Source: Eledone cirrhosa
Taxonomy: Eukaryota
Direction of reading: 5' to 3'
NCBI GenBank assembly: GCA_964016885.1
Contig: OZ024742.1
Location: 357,182,001-357,246,000, forward strand
Length of the DNA: 64,000 bases
This document shows positions 56,601 to 64,000 of the stretch, piece after piece. Position 1 is the stretch's first letter, and every line of letters begins with the position of its first letter. The translations under genes and the position numbers were made by a program. The notes beneath the pieces were generated by a model that ran no database searches, was not told where the DNA came from, and saw nothing but the letters and a program-made list of their open reading frames with translations.

Positions 56601-59600
56601 GACACCATGCTAGGGTGGTGGATTGGTAGTATTGGTAGAGTGTAGGACACCATGCTAGGGTGGTGGATTGGTAGTATTGGTAGAGGGTAGGACACCATCC
56701 TAGGGTGGTGGATTGGTAGTATTGGTAGAGGGTCGGACACCATGCTAGGGTGGTGGATTGGTAGTATTGGTAGAGGGTAGGACACCATGCTAGGGTGGTG
56801 GATTGGTAGTATTGGTAGAGGGTAGGACACCATGCTAGGGTGGTGGATTGGTAGTGTTGGTAGAGGGTAGTACACCATGCTAGGGTGGTGGATTGGTAGT
56901 GTTGGTAGAGGGTAGTACACCATGCTAGGGTGGTGGATTGGTAGTATTGGTAGAGGGTCGGACACCATGCTAGGGTGGTGGATTGGTAGTATTGGTAGAG
57001 GGTAGGACACCATGCTAGGGTGGTGGATTGGTAGTATTGGTAGAGGGTCAGACACCATGCTAGGGTGGTGGATTGGTAGTATTGGGAGAAGGTCGGACAC
57101 CATGCTAGGGTGGTGGATTGGTAGTATTGGTAGAGGGTAGGACACCATGCTAGGGTGGTGGATTGGTAGTATTGGTAGAGGGTCAGACACCATGCTAGGG
57201 TGGTGGATTGGTAGTATTGGTAGAAGGTCAGACACCATGCTAGGGTGGTGGATTGGTAGTATTGGTAGAGGGTAGGACACCATGCTAGGGTGGTGGATTG
57301 GTAGTATTGGTAGAGGGTAGGAGACCATGCTAGGGTGGTGGATTGGTAGTATTGGTAGAGGGTCAAACACCATGCTAGGGTGGTGGATTGGTAGTATTGG
57401 TAGAAGGTCAGACACCATGCTAGGGTGGTGGATTGGTAGTATTGGTAGAGGGTAGGACACCATGCTAGGGTGGTGGATTGCTAGTATTGGTAGAGGGTAG
57501 GACACCATGCTAGGGTGGTGGATTGGTAGTATTGGTAGAGGGTAGGACACCATGCTAGGGTGGTGGATTGGTAGTATTGGTAGAGTGTAGGACACCATGC
57601 TAGGGTGGTGGATTGGTAGTATTGGTAGAGGGTAGGACACCATGCTAGGGTGGTGGATTGGTAGTATTGGTAGAGTGTAGGACACCATGCTAGGGTGGTG
57701 GATTGGTAGTATTGGTAGAGGGTAGGACACCATCCTAGGGTGGTGGATTGGTAGTATTGGTAGAGGGTAGGACACCATGCTAGGGTGGTGGATTGGTAGT
57801 ATTGGTAGAGGGTAGGACACCATGCTAGGGTGGTGGATTGGTAGTGTTGGTAGAGGGTAGTACACCATGCTAGGGTGGTGGATTGGTAGTATTGGTAGAG
57901 GGTAGGACACCATGCTAGGGTGGTGGATTGGTAGTGTTGGTAGAGGGTAGTACACCATGCTAGGGTGGTGGATTGGTAGTATTGGTAGAGGGTAGGACAC
58001 CATCCTAGGGTGGTGGATTGGTAGTATTGGTAGAGGGTAGGACACCATGCTAGGGTGGTGGATTGGTAGTATTGGTAGAGGGTAGGACACCATGCTAGGG
58101 TGGTGGATTGGTAGTGTTGGTAGAGGGTAGTACACCATGCTAGGGTGGTGGATTGGTAGTATTGGTAGAGGGTCGGACACCATGCTAGGGTGGTGGATTG
58201 GTAGTATTGGTAGAGGGTAGGACACCATGCTAGGGTGGTGGATTGCTAGTATTGGTAGAGGGTAGGACACCATGCTAGGGTGGTGGATTGGTAGTATTGG
58301 TAGAGGGTAGGACACCATGCTAGGGTGGTGGATTGGTAGTATTGGTAGAGGGTAGGACACCATGCTAGGGTGGTGGATTGGTAGTATTGGTAGAGGGTCA
58401 GACACCATGTTAGGGTGGTGGATTGGTAGTATTGGTAGAAGGTCAGACACCATGCTAGGGTGGTGGATTGGTAGTATTGGTAGAGGGTAGGACACCATGC
58501 TAGGGTGGTGGATTGCTAGTATTGGTAGAGGGTAGGACACCATGCTAGGGTGGTGGATTGGTAGTATTGGTAGAAGGTCAGACACCATGCTAGGGTGGTG
58601 GATTGGTAGTATTGGTAGAGGGTCAGACACCATGTTAGGGTGGTGGATTGGTAGTATTGGTAGAAGGTCAGACACCATGCTAGGGTGGTGGATTGGTAGT
58701 ATTGGTAGAGGGTAGGACACCATGCTAGGGTGGTGGATTGCTAGTATTGGTAGAGGGTAGGACACCATGCTAGGGTGGTGGATTGGTAGTATTGGTAGAG
58801 GGTAGGACACCATGCTAGGGTGGTGGATTGGTAGTATTGGTAGAGTGTAGGACACCATGCTAGGGTGGTGGATTGGTAGTATTGGTAGAGGGTAGGACAC
58901 CATGCTAGGGTGGTGGATTGGTAGTATTGGTAGAGTGTAGGACACCATGCTAGGGTGGTGGATTGGTAGTATTGGTAGAGGGTAGGACACCATCCTAGGG
59001 TGGTGGATTGGTAGTATTGGTAGAGGGTAGGACACCATGCTAGGGTGGTGGATTGGTAGTATTGGTAGAGGGTAGGACACCATGCTAGGGTGGTGGATTG
59101 GTAGTGTTGGTAGAGGGTAGTACACCATGCTAGGGTGGTGGATTGGTAGTATTGGTAGAGGGTCGGACACCATGCTAGGGTGGTGGATTGGTAGTATTGG
59201 TAGAGGGTAGGACACCATGCTAGGGTGGTGGATTGGTAGTATTGGTAGAGGGTAGGACACCATGCTAGGGTGGTGGATTGGTAGTGTTGGTAGAGGGTAG
59301 TACACCATGCTAGGGTGGTGGATTGGTAGTATTGGTAGAGGGTCGGACACCATGCTAGGGTGGTGGATTGGTAGTATTGGTAGAGGGTAGGACACCATGC
59401 TAGGGTGGTGGATTGGTAGTATTGGTAGAGGGTAGGACATCATGCTAGGGTGGTGGATTGGTAGTATTGGTAGAGGGTCGGCCACCATGTTAGGGTGGTG
59501 GATTGGCAGTATTGGTAGAGGGTAGGACACCATGCTAGGGTGGTGGATTGGTAGTATTGGTAGAGGGTCGGACACCATGCTAGGGTGGTGGATTGGTAGT

Positions 59601-62600
59601 ATTGGTAGAGGGTAGGACACCATCCTAGGGTGGTGGATTGGTAGTATTGGTAGAGGGTCGGACACCATGCCAGCGTGGTGGATTGGTAGTATTGGTAGAG
59701 AGTAGGACACCATTCTAGGGTGGTGGATTGGTAGTATTGGTAGAGGGTCGGACACCATGCCAGCGTGGTGGATTGGTAGTATTGGTAGAGGGTAGGACAC
59801 CATCCTAGGGTGGTGGATTGGCAGTATTAGTAGAGGGTTGGACACCATGCTAGGGTGGTGGATTGGTAGTATTGGTAGAGGGTAGGACACCATGCTAGGG
59901 TGGTGGATTGGTAGTATTGGTAGAGGGTAGGACACCATGCTAGGGTGGTGGATTGGTAGTATTGGTAGAGGGTAGGACACCATGCTAGGGTGGTGGATTG
60001 GTAGTATTGGTAGAGGGTAGGACACCATGCTAGGGTGGTGGATTGGTAGTATTGGTAGAGTGTAGGACACCATGCTAGGGTGGTGGATTGGTAGTATTGG
60101 TAGAGGGTAGGACACCATCCTAGGGTGGTGGATTGGTAGTATTGGTAGAGGGTCGGACACCATGCTAGGGTGGTGGATTGGTAGTATTGGTAGAGGGTAG
60201 GACACCATGCTAGGGTGGTGGATTGGTAGTATTGGTAGAGGGTAGGACACCATGCTAGGGTGGTGGATTGGTAGTGTTGGTAGAGGGTAGTACACCATGC
60301 TAGGGTGGTGGATTGGTAGTGTTGGTAGAGGGTAGTACACCATGCTAGGGTGGTGGATTGGTAGTATTGGTAGAGGGTCGGACACCATGCTAGGGTGGTG
60401 GATTGGTAGTATTGGTAGAGGGTAGGACACCATGCTAGGGTGGTGGATTGGTAGTATTGGTAGAGGGTCAGACACCATGCTAGGGTGGTGGATTGGTAGT
60501 ATTGGGAGAAGGTCGGACACCATGCTAGGGTGGTGGATTGGTAGTATTGGTAGAGGGTAGGACACCATGCTAGGGTGGTGGATTGGTAGTATTGGTAGAG
60601 GGTCAGACACCATGCTAGGGTGGTGGATTGGTAGTATTGGTAGAAGGTCAGACACCATGCTAGGGTGGTGGATTGGTAGTATTGGTAGAGGGTAGGACAC
60701 CATGCTAGGGTGGTGGATTGGTAGTATTGGTAGAGGGTAGGAGACCATGCTAGGGTGGTGGATTGGTAGTATTGGTAGAGGGTCAAACACCATGCTAGGG
60801 TGGTGGATTGGTAGTATTGGTAGAAGGTCAGACACCATGCTAGGGTGGTGGATTGGTAGTATTGGTAGAGGGTAGGACACCATGCTAGGGTGGTGGATTG
60901 CTAGTATTGGTAGAGGGTAGGACACCATGCTAGGGTGGTGGATTGGTAGTATTGGTAGAGGGTAGGACACCATGCTAGGGTGGTGGATTGGTAGTATTGG
61001 TAGAGTGTAGGACACCATGCTAGGGTGGTGGATTGGTAGTATTGGTAGAGGGTAGGACACCATGCTAGGGTGGTGGATTGGTAGTATTGGTAGAGTGTAG
61101 GACACCATGCTAGGGTGGTGGATTGGTAGTATTGGTAGAGGGTAGGACACCATCCTAGGGTGGTGGATTGGTAGTATTGGTAGAGGGTAGGACACCATGC
61201 TAGGGTGGTGGATTGGTAGTATTGGTAGAGGGTAGGACACCATGCTAGGGTGGTGGATTGGTAGTGTTGGTAGAGGGTAGTACACCATGCTAGGGTGGTG
61301 GATTGGTAGTATTGGTAGAGGGTCGGACACCATGCTAGGGTGGTGGATTGGTAGTATTGGTAGAGGGTAGGACACCATGCTAGGGTGGTGGATTGGTAGT
61401 ATTGGTAGAGGGTAGGACACCATGCTAGGGTGGTGGATTGGTAGTGTTGGTAGAGGGTAGTACACCATGCTAGGGTGGTGGATTGGTAGTATTGGTAGAG
61501 GGTCGGACACCATGCTAGGGTGGTGGATTGGTAGTATTGGTAGAGGGTAGGACACCATGCTAGGGTGGTGGATTGGTAGTATTGGTAGAGGGTAGGACAC
61601 CATGCTAGGGTGGTGGATTGGTAGTATTGGTAGAGGGTAGGACACCATGCTAGGGTGGTGGATTGGTAGTGTTGGTAGAGGGTAGTACACCATGCTAGGG
61701 TGGTGGATTGGTAGTATTGGTAGAGGGTCGGACACCATGCTAGGGTGGTGGATTGGTAGTATTGGTAGAGGGTAGGACACCATGCTAGGGTGGTGGATTG
61801 GTAGTATTGGTAGAGGGTAGGACACCATGCTAGGGTGGTGGATTGGTAGTGTTGGTAGAGGGTAGTACACCATGCTAGGGTGGTGGATTGGTAGTATTGG
61901 TAGAGGGTCGGACACCATGCTAGGGTGGTGGATTGGTAGTATTGGTAGAGGGTAGGACACCATGCTAGGGTGGTGGATTGGTAGTATTGGTAGAGGGTAG
62001 GACACCATGCTAGGGTGGTGGATTGGTAGTATTGGTAGAGGGTCGACCACCATGTTAGGGTGGTGGATTGGCAGTATTGGTAGAGGGTAGGACACCATCC
62101 TAGGGTGGTGGATTGGTAGTATTGGTAGAGGGTCGGATACCATGCTAGGGTGGTGGATTGGTAGTATTGGTAGAGGGTAGGACACCATGCTAGGGTGGTG
62201 GATTGGTAGTATTGGTAGAGGGTAGGACACCATCCTAGGGTGGTGGATTGGCAGTATTGGTAGATGGTAGGACACCATGCTAGAGTGGTGGATTGGTAGT
62301 ATTGGTAGAGGGTCGGACACCATGCCAGCGTGGTGGATTGTTAGTATTGGTAGAGGGTAGGACACCATCCTAGGGTGGTGGATTGGCAGTATTAGTAGAG
62401 GGTTGGACACCATGCTAGGGTGGTGGATTGGTAGTATTGGTAGAGAGTAGGATACCATGCTAGGGTGGTGGATTGGTAGTATTTGTAGAGGGTAGGACAC
62501 CATCCTAGGGTGGGGGATTGGCAGTATTGGTAGAGGGTAGGACACCATGCTAGAGTGGTGGATTGGTAGTATTGGTAGAGGGTCGGACACCATGCTAGGG

Positions 62601-64000
62601 TGGTGGATTGGTAGTATTGGTAGAAGGTCAGACACCATGCTAGGGTGGTGGATTGGTAGTATTGGTAGAGGGTAGGACACCATGCTAGGGTGGTGGATTG
62701 CTAGTATTGGTAGAGGGTAGGACACCATGCTAGGGTGGTGGATTGGTAGTATTGGTAGAGGGTAGGACACCATGCTAGGGTGGTGGATTGGTAGTATTGG
62801 TAGAGTGTAGGACACCATGCTAGGGTGGTGGATTGGTAGTATTGGTAGAGGGTAGGACACCATGCTAGGGTGGTGGATTGGTAGTATTGGTGGAGGGTAG
62901 GACACCATGCTAGAGTGGTGGATTGGTAGTATTGGTAAAGGGTAGGACACCATGCAATGGTTGTGGATTGGTAGTATTGGTAGAGGGTAGGACACCATGC
63001 TAGGGTGGTGGATTGGTAGTATTGGTAGAGGGTCGGCCACCATGTTAGGGTGGTGGATTGGCAGTATTGGTAGAGGGTAGGACACCATGCTAGGGTGGTG
63101 GATTGGTAGTATTGGTAGAGGGTCGGACACCATGCTAGGGTGGTGGATTGGTAGTATTGGTAGAGGGTAGGACACCATGCTAGAGTGGTGGATTGGTAGT
63201 ATTGGTAGAGGGTACGACACCATCCTAGGGTGGTGGATTGGCAGTATTGGTAGATGGTAGGACACCATGCTAGAGTGGTGGATTGGTAGTATTGGTAGAG
63301 GGTCGGACACCATGCCAGCGTGGTGGATTGGTAGTATTGGTAGAGGGTAGGACACCATCCTAGGGTGGTGGATTGGCAGTATTAGTAGAGGGTTGGACAC
63401 CATGCTAGGGTGGTGGATTGGTAGTATTGGTAGAGAGTAGGACACCATGCTAGGGTGGTGGATTGGTAGTATTGGTAGAGGGTAGGACACCATGCTAGGG
63501 TGGTGGATTGGTAGTGTTGGTAGAGGGTAGGACACCATGCTAGGGTGGTGGATTGGTAGTATTGGTAGAGGGTAGGACACCATGCTAGGGTGGTGGATTG
63601 GTAGTATTGGTAGAGGGTAGGACGCCATGCTAGGGTGGTTGATTGGTAGTATTGGTAGAGGGTAGGACACCATGCTAGGGTGGTGGATTGGTAGTATTGG
63701 TAGAGGGTCGGACACCATGCTAGGGTGGTGGATTGGTAGTATTGGTAGAGGGTAGGACACCATGCTAGGGTGGTGGATTGGTAGTATTGGTAGAGGGTCG
63801 GCCACCATGTTAGGGTGGTGGATTGGCAGTATTGGTAGAGGGTCAGACACCATGGTAGGGTGGTGGATTGGTAGTATTGGTAGAGTGTAGGACACCATGC
63901 TAGGGTGGTGGATTGGTAGTATTGGTAGAGGGTCGGCCACCATGTTAGGGTGGTGGATTGGCAGTATTGGTAGAGGGTCAGACACCATGCTAGGGTGGTG
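53650..64000 (+). repeat. >10.3-kb 45-bp minisatellite (~230 copies) derived from the S1 SINE 5' head; runs off the window
   Basis: Unit gggtggtggattggtagtattggtagagggt(ag/cg/ca)gacaccatgcta versus SINE head gggcagtggattggcagtatcggtacagagtcggatgccatgct (1762-1805). Confidence 0.95.

Noticed and set aside
53438-63988. 3516-aa ORF of (MVSYPLPILPIHHPS)n
   Set aside because: It is the antisense reading of a SINE-derived 45-bp repeat. In this frame only the TAC codon is one substitution from a stop, so staying open is expected. Variants are mostly non-synonymous and the ORF ends in SINE sequence. Only Ribo-seq or proteomic evidence would rescue it.

Overview
AT-rich, repeat-saturated eukaryotic DNA with no recognisable intact host gene. 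The (TA)n/(CAT)n microsatellites, RTE LINEs with a PHD-like finger and tRNA-derived SINEs suggest an octopus/cephalopod genome (inference). Contents: (1) a near full-length, frameshifted L1/Tx1-type LINE (+, ~2.0-7.9 kb) between (ATT)n tracts and two SINE copies, with a TSD-flanked SINE inside ORF1. (2) Two near full-length decayed RTE LINEs (-) and many RTE 3' fragments. (3) Several short elements in or beside (TA)n tracts that carry type I hammerhead ribozyme motifs, most with fold-back arms (Penelope pLTR/retrozyme-like). (4) Five minisatellite arrays of 30, 42, 45, 47 and 61 bp; three are visibly amplified pieces of retroelements (SINE A-box head, RTE ORF, CR1 ORF end), and the 30-bp array carries a triplicated RTE 3' end defining a ~6-kb higher-order repeat. 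The giant ORFs in the ORF track are artefacts of these repeats. All alignments and folds were done by eye, so coordinates are approximate.
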